A stretch of 64,000 nt of DNA from Carcharhinus longimanus (Eukaryota): the NCBI GenBank assembly GCA_030264375.1, contig JASCQW010000109.1:69601110-69665109 (forward strand). Reading direction: 5' to 3'. Of this stretch, positions 24,641-38,269 are shown piece after piece. Each line of letters opens with the position of its first letter. The first letter of the stretch is position 1. A program made the position numbers and the translations under genes. Below the pieces are notes generated by a model. The model did no database searches. It was not told the origin of the DNA and was given only the letters and a program-made list of their open reading frames with translations.

Positions 24641-27091
24641 ATGAGATATTCTAAACGACACTGGCTGTTAAAATGGTCACTGTTGTACTGTGCATTCTCC
24701 TTCTGGGACCTCACTTCTTGCCAGATTCATTATTCCATTCCTGAAGGTCTGCAACTGGGCGCCTTTGTTGGGAATATCGCAAAGGATTTGGATTTAGACC
24801 TGAAGGAGCTCGGAGTTCGCAGTTTTCGGATTATGCCTGGTCCGACAAAACAATATGTCGACGTAAATTTGAACGACGGTAATTTATTTGTGAACAAAGA
24901 GATTGACCGAGAAGAGCTGTGTGGGTCGAGTGCAAAGTGTGTCTTGTCTTTAGAAACGGTGATCGAAAACCCTTTCAGTCTTTACGATGTCGAAGTGGAG
25001 ATTCTGGATGTAAATGATAACACGCCGACATTTCCACAAGCTCAGTTCCGCCTGGAAATCTCCGAAGTGGCGACACCGGGGACACGCTATCCACTTGAGT
25101 GCGCTCACGACCCGGACGTAGGAACCAACACGCTGCAATCTTATCAGCTATCTGCAAACGAATATTTCTCTTTAAATGTTGAAAGCCAAAATGGAAATGA
25201 AGACCTGCCGGTGCTAGTTTTGGAAAGACCACTGGANNNNNNNNNNNNNNNNNNTCACAGATTAGTGCTGATTGCCAAAGACGGCGGGGTCCCTGTGCGA
25301 TCCGGAACTGCAGAAATATTAATCGTTGCCCAAGATGTCAATGATAATGCTCCTGTCTTTTCCCAGACAGTTTATGAGGTCAGTCTCTTGGAAAGCACGC
25401 CCACAGGAACACTGGTGATAAAATTAAATGCCACTGATGCAGACGATGGTTCCAATGGAGAAATAGTGTACTCATTCAGTCGCCATACCTCTGCAAAAGT
25501 CCAGGATTTTTTTACTGTGGATTCCAAAACTGGTGAAATCAGAGTAGGAAGAAATTTAAATTATGAAGAAAACAGCCTTTTTGATATCAATGTACAAGCA
25601 ATGGACAAGGGATCGGGCTCAATACCATCTTATTGTCATATATTAGTTCAGATTGTGGATGTAAATGACAATGCACCGGAGGTGACGATAGCTACACTGT
25701 TCAGTCCAGTTCCTGAGAACTCTATTCCCGGAACAGTTGTAGCTCTGATCAGTGCAACAGACAAAGATTCAGGAGAAAATGGGCGGGTAGAATGTCAAGT
25801 CGCAGAAAGCTTTCCCTTTCAACTGGATACATCCTCCAAGAAGTACTTAACATTGCGTACAAAACAGGGACTTGATCGGGAAAATGTCTCCAGGTATGAA
25901 GTCACAGTTGTGTGCAGTGATTCAGGATCTCCTCCTCTCACTTCACAGAAAGTCATCCGAGTGGAGATTTCGGATATAAATGACAACGCACCACGCTTTT
26001 CGCGATCTTTATATACAGCTTATGCAATGGAGAACAATGTTATTGGAACGTCTATATTTTCAGTGACAGCTTTTGATCCAGATTTAAACCACAACTCTCT
26101 ACTAAACTACTCCATACAAGCGACCCGAGTGCAGGATGAGTCAATATTTAGTTACGTCCACATCCAGTCAGAAAAGGGAACCATATTTTCTCAAAAATCT
26201 TTTGACTACGAAAGACTGAAAAGTTTTCAGGTGCAAGTACAGGTTAGGGACTGTGGAATCCCATCGCTCTCCAGTAATGTCACTGTCGAGATAGTTATCC
26301 TTGATCAGAATGACAATGCTCCTGTCATCGTGCATCCATTGTCTGACTATGGGTCGACAGTATCAGAGACTGTATCTCGTTTCGCAGATCCAGGCTACCT
26401 GGTTGCTAAAATATCGGCCACAGATGCCGACTCTGGTCAGAATTCACGCCTCTCTTACCAGATTCTGCAAAGCACAGACCATGGACTTTTTACCATTTCA
26501 CCTGATACAGGTGAAATCTGGACAATCCGAGGCATTAGGAGCAAAGATGTTTCAAAACAAATGTTGGTAGTCGCTGCAAAAGATAACGGTTCACCACCAC
26601 TTTCCGCTACAATGACAATCATCTTATCACTGGCAGAGGGTGATCGGGAAATGATTTCTGATGCGAGCAGTTTATCTGAAGATCCTAATTCCTTTACTGA
26701 CGTTAGCCTTTACATAGTCGTAACGTTAGGGATAACGTCATCTTTCTTTCTTGTCGTTTTAATTATACTGGCCGTCAAGGTACATAGAAACAGAATCCAG
26801 TTTTCTGCTCAGAATGATTGCCTGGCCACGTGTTGTTGTTTCCTACCACGAACTTCCCTGAATGGAATTCAGAAAGCCAGCAGAAATATTGAAATAGTTC
26901 CAAACTATGTAGAAGTATTTGGGGGCGACCCGCTTTCACAAAGGTTCCGGTATGAGACCTATTCAACTTCACGCACGGCCAAGAGACAGACGACATCGTC
27001 TAACATGCAAAATTCAGGCAAGATTCCTCTCACGGATGGAAATGAAGAACTTATCCAGAATTCAAACTACAACAGCACTTTACAGTGTGAG
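24641..27091 (+). CDS. Clustered protocadherin variable exon V3
   Basis: ORF 24620-27118; ATG 24641; in-frame 18-N gap at 25237-25254 over the EC2 DRE motif; donor GAG|GTGAGG after 27091. Confidence 0.93.
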
Positions 27092-28919
27092 GTGAGGAGC
27101 TCATACAACTTTTTTTAAGATTGATTTCTAATTGNNNNNNNNNNATCCCCTTAAGTTTCGCAGCCCAATATTCTATCTTTGCCTACTTGACAGTAATTGG
27201 AGTTAAGAGTGCACATCTGAACGTCTATTGTTACTTCTGCCCTTTTGTTTACCTCCAACAAGACATCGTTCGTATTTTGTATTGCGACTTTCAGGCGTCG
27301 AGACATGGGACGTTATGGGTAAGTTCAAGTGAGATGATTCAAATAATGGCTGGAAGACGCCAACGTTATGTTTTAGCGAACTGCAACAGGGAAGGAAGTG
27401 AAATAGTCATGACATTCAGGAAGGCAGCTTACCACCACCACCATCTCAAGGGCAACTAGGGATGGCCAATAAATGTTGGCCAGCCAGCGACGCCCATGTC
27501 CCACGAATGAAAATAAAAAAGTTTGAAGTTCTGCCTGTGATTGGGTTGGATTAGAATGCGCTAACATGGAGGGTCGAACGTGTGAGGGGATAGATGCTTT
27601 AAGTTTAGGAAAAGGAAAATATAAGAGTGATAAAAATTGCAGTATTTTTAATGGAGAGAAATATTGGGAAAAATAAAGAGGAAGAAAATGTTGAAGTCAG
27701 TGCTAAGAGAATGATTGCCTAACATCTTTTGGATTGAAAAGAATGGTAGTCGTAAAACTGCGTTCCAAATAATTCACAATCAATCATTTATAAATCTCTA
27801 AATGGTGTAATTGCAATCCAAGAAAGTGCTTTCACACATCAAAGCTTCATATTGCAATATTAACGCATGCAAAGCTGTTACGCATTTGGAGGAGAGTGAA
27901 TGACATGTAAATACCCAATTGCGGCGACAGCAATTGGGCAAAATTGGTGACATGTTATATTACACCAGTGATAATGATAAACATCATTTAATGTTAATGG
28001 TTTCTGACAGCCTTTCCTGCAAATTTAATTTCCTGCAATTAAGTCATCACGGAATGGATTTAAGTTATCTAAGGATGGATTTGAAAGTATTGTATCATTG
28101 TTCATTGCACTCGGTGTAACGTTCTGCTTCAAATTTGAATTTGTGACATACATTTCTTCGAATATTTTACGTTAAATTGTGGAAGAAGTGCGAGTAATAC
28201 AGTATAATTTGAACTTCATTGGTGAAATTTTGGGCAGAATGCTGTTGGCACTGCAAANNNNNNNNNNNNNNNNNNNNNNNNNNNNNNNNNNNNNNNNNNN
28301 NNNNNNNNNNNNNNNNNNNNNNNNNNNNNNNNNNNNNNNNNNNNNNNNNNNNNNNNNNNNNNNNNNNNNNNNNNNCTGAACCATTGCATCAGTGAAATAT
28401 TTCATACGAACACACTACCTTTGACACGCAGTTTAGGTTTGTCAACTGAGTGCCAGATTGGAAGCAACACTGTACAGCTAAATCATTCCTAACACTAACT
28501 GTCCTTCCCCTGCTCAATTGCAACTCATATGTATATTTTAGATCCAAAGCCAAAATGCACTCATTTCAACAATTTATTTTGGATTAGCATCTGATTGGAA
28601 AGGACAATTTACGAGTATTGAAGGGCGTCTTAGTGCGGGAAAGCTCCAACATAATAAAAAGTAAAGTTTCCGTGATAACTTGATTGCAGGAAAGTAAAAT
28701 TGCACGAAAGGCTGCCAGGAGCCACTAACATCATATTAATAATTATCATTGATGCAATATACTTTGGTATCCCAGTATGATTGAATTTAAAATACAGATG
28801 GAGCATGAGAAGGTAAAATCCAACACCAGTCTCTTGTGCTTAAACGAAGGAGACTATAAAGGGATGAGGGAGGAGGCTAAGGCAGATTGGGAGCAAAAAA
28901 TTTATGGTTGGACAATTAG

Positions 28920-30285
28920 AGTCATAGAGTCATCGAGATTTACAGCATGGAAACAGGTCCTTTGACTCAACTTGTCCATGCCGTTCTTTTTAAAAAACAT
29001 CCACTAAATTAATCCCAACTGCCCGCATTTGGTCCAAATCCCCCTATACCCACCGTACCATGTAACTATCTAAATGCTTCTTAAAAGACAAATTGCGCCT
29101 GCCTCTACTAATACATCTGGCAGCTTGTTCCAGACATTTACCACCCTCTGTGTGAAAACCCTATCCCTCTGCACGCTTTTGATTCTTTCCCCTCTCACCT
29201 TAAACCTGTGCTCCCTAGTTTTAGACTCCCCTACCTTTGTGAAAAGATATTGATTATCCAGCTGATCTGTGCCTCTCATTATTTTATAGACCTCTGTAAG
29301 ATCACCCCTCAGCCTCCTACGCTCCAGAGAAACAAGTCCCAGTCTATCCAGCCACTCCTTATAACTCAATCCCAGTAGCATCTAAGTAAGTCTTTTCTGG
29401 ACTTTTTCTAACTTAGTAATGTCCTTTCTATAATATGGTGACCAGAATTGCACACAGTATTCCAAGTTTGGCCTTACTAACGTCTTGTACAACTTCAACA
29501 AGACATTTCAACCCCTGTATTCAATGTTCTGACCGATAATTCCAAGCATGTCGAATACCTTCTTCACCACTCTGTCCACTTGTGACTCCACTTTCAAGGA
29601 GCTATGAACATATACTTCTAGACCTCTTGTTTTTCTGTAACTCTCCCCAACGCCCTACCATTAGCTGAATAAATCCTGCCCTGGTTCAATCTACCAAAAT
29701 GCATCACTTCACATTTGTCTAAATTAAACTCCATCTGCCATTCATCAGCTCACTGGCCCAAATTGATCAAGATCCCGTTGCCATCCGAGATAACTTTCTT
29801 CACCATCCACTATGCCACCAACCATAGTGTAATCTGCAAACTTACTAACCATGTCTCCTATATTCTCGTCCAAATCATTCATATAAATGACAAGTAACAG
29901 TGGACCCAGCACAGCTCCCTTAGGCGCACTGCTGGTCACTGGTTTCCACTTCGAAAAACAACTCTCTACAACCACCCTCTGGCTTCTGTCAAGAAGTCAA
30001 TTTTGTATCCATTTAGATACCTCACCCTGGATCCCGTGAAATTTAACCTTATGCAAAACCTACCATGCGATACCTTGTCAAAGGCCTTGCTAAAGTCCAT
30101 GTAGACAACATCGACTGCATTGCCCTCATCTATCTTCTTGGGTTACCCCTTCAAAAAACTCAATCAAATTTGTGAGACATGGTTTTCCACTCACAAAGCC
30201 ATGCTGACCGTCCCTAATCAGTCCTTGTGTCTCTAAATGTCTGTAGATCCTTTCTCTCAAAATACCTCCCAACAATTTACCCACC
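28920..30285 (-). mobile_element. 5'-truncated CR1 LINE
   Basis: Minus ORFs GAVLGPLLLVIYMNDLD..KFADYT and LERRRLRGDLTEVYKIM. Confidence 0.9.
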
Positions 30286-31255
30286 ATAGACGGATAGAGG
30301 ATTGGTTAACTCACAGAAAGCAAAGAGTGGTGGTGAATGGGTGTTTTTTTTCTGGATGGCGATCAGTGCCTAGTGGTGTGCCTCAGGGATCAGTGTTGGG
30401 ACCACAGTTGTTGACATAGATGATTTGGAGTTGGGGACCAAATATAGTGTGTCAAAATTCGCAGATGACACTAAGATGGATGGAAGAGCAAAGTGTCCAG
30501 AGGACGCTGAAAGTCTGCAAAGGGATATAGGTAATCTAAATGAATGAGCGAGGGTCTGGCAGATGGAGTACAATGTGGGCAAATGTGAGGTCATCCATTT
30601 TGGTAGGAATAATAGCAAAATGGACTATTATTTAAATGGTAAAAATTTGCAGCATGCTGCTGTGCAGAGAGGCCTTTGCAGGATCTCAAGGAGTTGGGTT
30701 GCAGGTGCAGCAGGTAATTAAGAAGGCAAATACAATTTTGTCCTTCATTGCGAGAGGGATGGAGTTTAAAAACAGCGAGATTGTGTTGCAGCTGTAAAAG
30801 GTGCTGGTGAGGCCACACCTGGAGTACAGTGTACAGGTTTGGTTTCTTTACTTGAGAAATGATATACTGGCATTGGAGGGGGTGCTGAGAAGATTCACTA
30901 GGTTAATTCCGAAGTTGAGAGGGTTGGCTTATGAGGAGAGACTGAGTAGTCTGGGGCTATACTCTTTGGAATTCAGAAGAATGAGGGGAGATCTTCGAGA
31001 AACATATAAGATTAAGAAGGGAATAGATAAGGTAGAAAAAGATTGTGAACATGTGGAATTCCGTGCCCAGTGAAGAGGTTGAGGCTACCTCATTGAATGG
31101 TTTTAGGGCAAGAATAGATACGTTTTTGAACAGTAAAGAAATTAAGGGTTATAGTGAGCGGGCGAGTAAGTGGAGCTAAGTCCACAAAAAGATCAGTTTT
31201 GTCGGAAGTACTCGAATGCGACGGCCTCATAGGCGTTGGTTGAATGAATCCGAGT
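30286..31255 (+). mobile_element. 5'-truncated CR1 LINE (different subfamily), back-to-back with the previous one
   Basis: [34 protein letters not shown]. Confidence 0.9.
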
Positions 31256-32379
31256 TTATTTGNNNNNNNNNNNNNNNNNNNNNNNNNNNNNNNNNNNNNN
31301 NNNNNNNNNNNNNNNNNNNNNNNNNNNNNNNNNNNNNNNNNNNNNNNNNNNNNNNNNNNNNNNNNNNNNNNNNNNNNNNNNNNNNNNNNNNNNNNNNNNN
31401 NNNNNNNNNNNNNNNNNNNNNNNNNNNNNNNNNNNNNNNNNNNNNNNNNNNNNNNNNNNNNNNNNNNNNNNNNNNNNNNNNNNNNNNNNNNNNNNNNNNN
31501 NNNNNNNNNNNNNNNNNNNNNNNNNNNNNNNNNNNNNNNNNNNNNNNNNNNNNNNNNNNNNNNNNNNNNNNNNNNNNNNNNNNNNNNNNNNNNNNNNNNN
31601 NNNNNNNNNNNNNNNNNNNNNNNNNNNNNNNNNNNNNNNNNNNNNNTGCACTCCCTCCAAGGCCAAAATATCCTTGCGTAAGTACGGCGCCCAAAACTGC
31701 ACACAGTACTCCAGCTGCGGCCTACCATGTTTCTGTTCATGTGACGATGTATGTCAGGTCTCAGGGTTGATTCACTTTTCAATTTGAGATAACCATTTAT
31801 AACCAGTTATATTCTCAACTCAAACACCTATGCAGTTATTGGCAAAACGAAATAACCTGTGCAACACGGGTACGGTTGGAGAAGGCTACCTGCCAAGAGG
31901 GAGATCGAGCTGATGAACTCATCTGTTCCACCAGCTCAATGTTATCTTTTGCTTCGAGTAAAATTATCACGATTCCCAGTGCCAATATCCACAAAATCTG
32001 CCCACTTTGCCTTGTAAAAATTTAACATTGCCTTGTCAGAGTTTCAGGTTACAGTAGCTTCTGAAATCAAAACAACGAAGTTCAGAATAACAGGAAATGC
32101 TAACGGAATATCGAGATGTAACGTCTGAGAAATTGTTGATTAACTTCCATGAAGTACTCATCCATCCCGATTGATTGCTGAATGAAATTGTGAAACAGAT
32201 CCACGCAATGCGATAAGGGAAGGGATGCACATTCCATCCATGTTGGAGTAAAAACTGTCAAATATATATAGCTCGGAGGCCTAATATTTATTTGGGTAAA
32301 AGTAATTTATCATAATATGACACTAAAACCATTGTTCCCACTTGTTTTAAAGAGCAGTTGCTGGTAATAACGTTTCTAT

Positions 32380-32665
32380 CACTTTCCCTCCACCCACCTT
32401 CCATCTGATCCACTACCTATATTCGCCTCATTATCCTTTTTGTCATTTAATGTTTGCTGCCTTCCACCTTACCGCAGATAGTTCATCTTCTTCTTTCGCT
32501 CACTCCACCCTTCCCCTGTCCTTGATCTTGTGTATTATAATTTGAATATCTAATCATTTCCAGTCTAATGAGAGGTCAACAAGCTAAACATTAATTATAT
32601 TTTGTTCTCTACACAAATGTTGTCTGACATGCTCAGTATTTCCAACACTATCTGCTTTTATAAGT
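32380..32665 (+). mobile_element. Penelope-like terminal repeat remnant
   Basis: Reverse-complement similarity to 46110-46300 (gccttccacc / ggtggaaggc); decayed hammerhead-like ctaatgagaggtc..ctaaac. Confidence 0.45.
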
Positions 32666-33324
32666 AAATTCCAAAAAGTAATTGGACTGTGCGTTCTCAG
32701 GATGTTTACATCAGGTAGAAGTAGCTTTTTACAATTGCACTAAGATCGTTGTATCTTAAAGAGAGTAAATAAACTGGATCATAGGAATGTACTCAACATT
32801 GTCATGTGCTGAGTTTCGGCTTGAAAAATAGACACCCAGTTAATTTTTAATATGTGTCGTGAATTCAATGATTCAATCGGGACACAGCAGTATGGGAACT
32901 CACAAATTCCGAAATGCAAGCATTTTTGGCCGAGTGAAGGGAATAAGTGATATATTTTAGCACACTCGTATGATTGGCTACTTACATCCAATCAACATAG
33001 GCTAGATTCAAATGCATGACCACCGTATGAAAAAAAACTGTGTACTAACAAATTATACCACCCAACCTCTCCGGGATTTGAATTCCATTAGTCATACATT
33101 AAGTCAAGCATAAATTACAAGGAACAAGACTACACGAAAATTACTGAATCGTAAAAGAACAAGTAAGCAACTTAAAACTTAACATGACTCCCTGCACAGT
33201 CGCTCGGTTACACATCCATTCGGAACGGTGATTCTGGCGTGCACACTTTAAAGACCTTTAATTAAACCTGTTTTCGCAAAAAAATAAACAATTGTCAAAA
33301 AATGATAAATTAAACAGTCATTTC

Positions 33325-33515
33325 GATTTTCAATTGAACAACTATAATTGCAAATATGCTGCAAGTAATAAGACGTCGTCGCTTTAAAAACTCAATAGTA
33401 TTCTTATTGGGTGAATACGACTGTTCGCCTGGCAGCCAATCAGAGGCTAAAATACGATTGGTGATCCGGACAATCCCCTCCCATCCTCCATCTCCTCACA
33501 TTAGACCAGTGTGCA
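33325..33515 (+). promoter_or_regulatory. Promoter cassette of V4
   Basis: TTTTCAATTGAACAAC, GCTTTAAA 33381, ATTGG 33406, CCAAT 33436, GATC 33463..CCCCT. Confidence 0.8.
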
Positions 33516-33721
33516 CTGGATTGCGAGCTGCAACGTTTCACCGGTAATTTTGGCCGAAATGAGACAACCTGACCAAGTAATCTCAGCGAATCTCAAAAGA
33601 CACAGAGAACCTGCCGTACAATCAGTTCCTTCACGTTAAGGAAAGATATCCACTTAATTGTTACAGCGATTTTAAACGGTGCCGACTCGCCCTGAAATCT
33701 TTGGAATGATTCAGCCTGGAA

Positions 33722-36193
33722 ATGCGATGTAAAATAATTTGGTTGCTAAAATGGCAACCATTGTTCTACATTTTGCTTTCCTGTGATCTAATTACTGGGC
33801 AGCTTCGTTACTCGATTCCTGAAGAACTGCAACTGGGCGCCTTTGTTGGGAATATCGCAGCCGATTTGGGTTTAGATATAAAGCAGCTCTCGGCTCGCAG
33901 TTTGCGGATCGTGGCCGGTGCCAGGAAACAGTATTTGGAGGTAAATTTAGACAATGGAAGTTTCTTTGTGAAGGAAAAAATAGACAGAGAACAGCTTTGC
34001 GGGCCTAGCCTCCATTGTGTGCTGTCCTTGGAGGCTGTGATTCAGAACCCCCTCAATTTGTACCATGTTGAAGTGGAGATTCTGGATGTAAATGACAATG
34101 CTCCCAGATTCCCAAAGGGCGAGCTTCACCTTGAAATTTCAGAGCTTGCTGCGCCTGGAGCCCGCTTCCCCCTCGAGTCTGCGCACGATCCAGACGTAGG
34201 AAGCAATTCCGTGCAAACCTACCAGCTCCACCCGAACGATTATTTCACCCTGGATGTCCTGACGCGCAGCGGAGTGGGGAAGATTCCAGTTCTGGTGCTG
34301 GAAAGGCCCCTGGATAGAGAAAAACACTCAGCCCACAACCTGGTGTTGATAGCCAAGGACGGAGGATCTCCTGAAAGGTCGGGCACTGCTCAAATCACCG
34401 TCCTGGTCCAGGATGCTAACGACAACGCTCCTGTCTTCCCTCAGGCGGCTTATCGGGTCAGTCTGTTAGAAAACGCACCGAAAGGAACTGCGGTAATCAA
34501 GTTAAATGCTACAGATCTGGACGCTGGCCCTAACGCAGAAATAGAATATACATTCAGCAGCCGGACAGCAGACAGAGCGTCTCAACTGTTCGGTATGAAT
34601 TCCAAAAACGGTGAAATCACCGTTCAAGGACTTTTGGACTATGAAGAGAGCAATGTATTCGCCATTAACGTGCAGGCTATTGACAAGGGTGCTTCGGCGA
34701 TCCCAGTGTATTGTGATGTTGTGGTGGATATTATTGATGTCAACGATAATGTCCCTGAAGTGACTTTGACGTCTTTGTCCAGTCCAGTTAGTGAAGATGC
34801 GCAGCCCGGCACGGTGGTTGCTCTGTTCAGCGTAGCTGATCAAGATTCGGGACAAAATGGGCAAGTAGAATGTGAAGTCACAGAGAACATTCCCTTCAAG
34901 CTTGACCTATCTTTAAAAAACTATTACAGGTTGCTCACGCAGTGGGTGCTGGACCGCGAAAATGTATCTAAGTATGACGTTACTGTCACATGCAGGGACG
35001 GGGGAAATCCTCCGCTAATTTCCAACAAAACAGTCCTCGTGGAGATTTCCGATGTAAACGACAACCCTCCACGCTTCACGCAACCTTCGTATACTGTTTA
35101 TATAATGGAGAACAATGTTATCGGGGCTTCCATTTTTCAAGTCACAGCCTTTGATCCTGATTTAAATCAGAACTCTCGATTATCCTACTCTATCCTTGAG
35201 ACACGGATTCAGGGTGTTCTGGCATCCTCTTACGTCCACATCAACTCGAACAGTGGTATAATATTTTCTCAGCGATCGTTCGATTACGAGCACCTTAAAA
35301 ACTTTCAAATCCAGGTTCAGGTTCAAGACTCTGGAGACCCAACACTCGCCAGCGCGGTTTCAGTGGACTTTGTTATCCTTGACCAGAATGACCATGCCCC
35401 AGTGATTATCCATCCATTACCCGAGTTTGGTTCAACCGTGATGGAAACAGTGTCCCGTTTCGCTGAACCTGGGTACTTAGTTGCTAAGGTATCGGGCAAC
35501 GACGCGGACACCGGTCGAAATGCTCAACTTTTTTATCAGATTCGTCAAGCTACAGATCCTGGTCTTTTTACTATTTCTACCGACACTGGGGAAATCTGGA
35601 CAACCCGTCGGATAGTCAAGAGCGATAGCAAAAAGCAAAAGTTGCTCATCTTGGTGAAGGATAATGGAACACCATCCCTGTCCGCTACGGTAACTATTGT
35701 TTTGACGGTTGTGGAGGGCGATACAGAAATGTTGTCTGATGCGAGCACCTTATCAGAGGATCCTGGGTTGACTTCAGACATAAGTCTTTATTTAGTCATA
35801 TCTTTAGGCATTCTCTCGTCGATTTTTCTAGTGGTGTTAGTTATCCTGGCTGTCAAGGTTCATAAGCGCAGACATGGTTTTGACGATCGCAGTTGTCATG
35901 TGGATATCTGCTGCTGCTTTGATGCAAGGAATTCGCTGAATGGGATTCAAAAAGCCAGTCGAAATATTCAAATACCTCCTAATTATGTTGAAGTATTTGG
36001 AGGGGATCCACTTTCACAAAGTTTCCGTTACGAGACCAGTTCAACTTTAAATTCTTCCCAAAGGGATGCCCTGTTTTCCAAACTTTGCAGCTCTTCCACG
36101 GGGAATGATTACTTCTGTAGTGAAACACCGGGGAGAGAAGAAAGCGTACTGCAAGCAAAGTCTGCAAACAATAGGAACACGATAATTGATAAG
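33722..36193 (+). CDS. Clustered protocadherin variable exon V4 (distinct sequence type)
   Basis: ORF 33722-36208; six EC repeats, TM, PPNYVEVFGGDPLSQSFRY; donor AAG|GTGAGA after 36193 (824 codons). Confidence 0.95.
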
Positions 36194-37311
36194 GTGAGAT
36201 ACGGGTAATAAACAGTCCAGGCTCTGACTGGATCCACAGGTATCCATTAAAACAATCGCTTATGGATTTCTAACAAGAGCTTATGGTCTCCTTTTCCTTC
36301 AGCTTACATGGCGAATCCAACGTCCAAACTGTGTTTCACAATGTGCTGTGTTGTATGGTTGTTAACTTGCCTGTTTTTAGATTCGTAATTCGGCCCCATG
36401 CCTATAATCACGTCCATCCTCCTCCACTTCACTCAGCAGAATTCATACATTCTAAGATCGCGTTGTTACGCGTGAAGTCGAACTATAAACATAACACAGA
36501 AAACTGCATAGGTCAGAATGTCATTCCACTTGGCTTCTACTTCCTGATCCTAACTGAACTTGTTTAATTATGTAAATATCAATGATGATATGCATTTATA
36601 AATAATCTTGTTAATTTCGTTCTAAGGAATACAGTGTGGCGAAAGGAGAGAAGTTATCAGTTGGAATAGTAGTAATGTAGTATGTATCATTTTGGTTATG
36701 GTATCGTCATTCGTCAGCGAGAAGGCAGCACGGTATATGGAGCGGAGGCGTGCATAAATTGATTTGTAACATGCGCCAAATCATAATGATGAGAAGACAG
36801 CTTATCTATGGCCAATTCAAAGCTCTCGAGTGTGTAAGCACATCTATTTTGCTCAATGAAATGTGGCTAAGAATAGATTAAGCGTTAACATTAACACAGA
36901 GTAGAAAGAACAACCCACCCTCCTCAACCTATCCTAACGAACTACCCTAAAAATGAGATGCGTAATTAAATTGGGCAGGCACATATTCCAATTGTTTCTC
37001 AAACTCTGCATAGTTGCAGGGCATTGAGGTGAGGCAAGGGCCTAATAAGCCTATTCACATTTTTTTTTTTGCAATGCATTTCAATTTCAGTACATAAAAT
37101 CCCCAAACTGCAACTTTCCAGTGTCTACCTGCTGTGCATTGGCGCAACTTTGATGCGAAACGGCCAGTTTTTCAAGTGCGGAGACTGCGATAAACGAATT
37201 AAGAACTGTTTTGGTTGTGACCAACAGCAGTTTTGGATATGTATCAAGAAAAATCTGACAACAATGCTGAATATAGATGACTACGCGATTGCAAAAAATA
37301 CAAAAAAATCA

Positions 37312-37645
37312 GTGGGTGACATAGTAGCACAGTGGTTAGCACTACCGCCTCACAGCGCAAGGGACACCGCTCAATTCTAGCCTCGGGTCACTGTCCGTGT
37401 GGAGTTTGCACGTTCTCTCCCCTTGCTTGCGTGGGTCCCCTCCGGGCGCTCCGGTTTAGTCCGGCAGTTCAATGACATACAGGTTAGGTGGATTGACCAA
37501 GAAAAAAATCCCGTTCGTGTCGGAGGATGAGCAGGGTAAATAGTCGGGGTTACAGGATACAGCCTGGGTGAGATTATTCTTGGTGCAAATTCAATGGGCC
37601 GAATGGACTCCTTCTGAACTGTATGGATTATATTCTATGATTCTG
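37312..37645 (+). mobile_element. Full-length HE1-type SINE
   Basis: gtagcacagtggttagcactaccgcctcacagcgc..gtggagtttgcacgttctc..ctatgattct. Confidence 0.85.
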
Positions 37646-38269
37646 CTATCATTGGGCTACACTCGAACTTCATCTAAACTGGGTTGAGGTTTCATGGAAA
37701 TTTCAAAACCAGTTAATTTTAATTATCTTAGTGTCAACACAGAATTAGTGATTGGGCCAGGTTTCTTCTAACTTGGCGTTAGAAACTCTTGAAAGGACGT
37801 GTCCCACCATCCGAAACACCTGTGAAACTTAATTGATCCTGCAGATAGTGCACGGGAGACTACAGTCCAGCTCCAATCGCGCCCCCACAGCACATCGGGT
37901 CTCTATTAATGCAACATAAACTGGTAGCTCTTAATCGTGGCCACGACCGAACAAAGACAGATATCAGCTGGGCTCGATTCAAACCCATGACCATGGTCAA
38001 TAGACAGTGAGCAACTGAAATAGACCTGACTAGCCTTCACGATTTTAGTTTATTTTTACGATCAGTTGGAAGTTTACATAAATGGTGGCAGCATGCGCAA
38101 TTAAAACAGGACTTTGGAGGTTTATTTGCATTGTTCTAATTTGTTACAATCTCATTGAAACCTGTAATTATTTTGTCGAAATCTATAGATCGCCCATAAT
38201 CAGAGGACTGAGGAAACTTAGAAAACGTGTTGTTTTGATGTTCTGTAACTAATTAAGGCGTTTTACTGG

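Noticed and set aside
28920-31255. Back-to-back CR1 fragments as one twin-primed inverted insertion
   Set aside because: Both cover the same RT-to-3' region and differ in sequence, so they are two independent insertions.
31090-31787. Long ORFs containing X runs (also near 15466-15887, 22190-22423, 28172-28405, 54308-54613)
   Set aside because: Artefacts of translating through N gaps.
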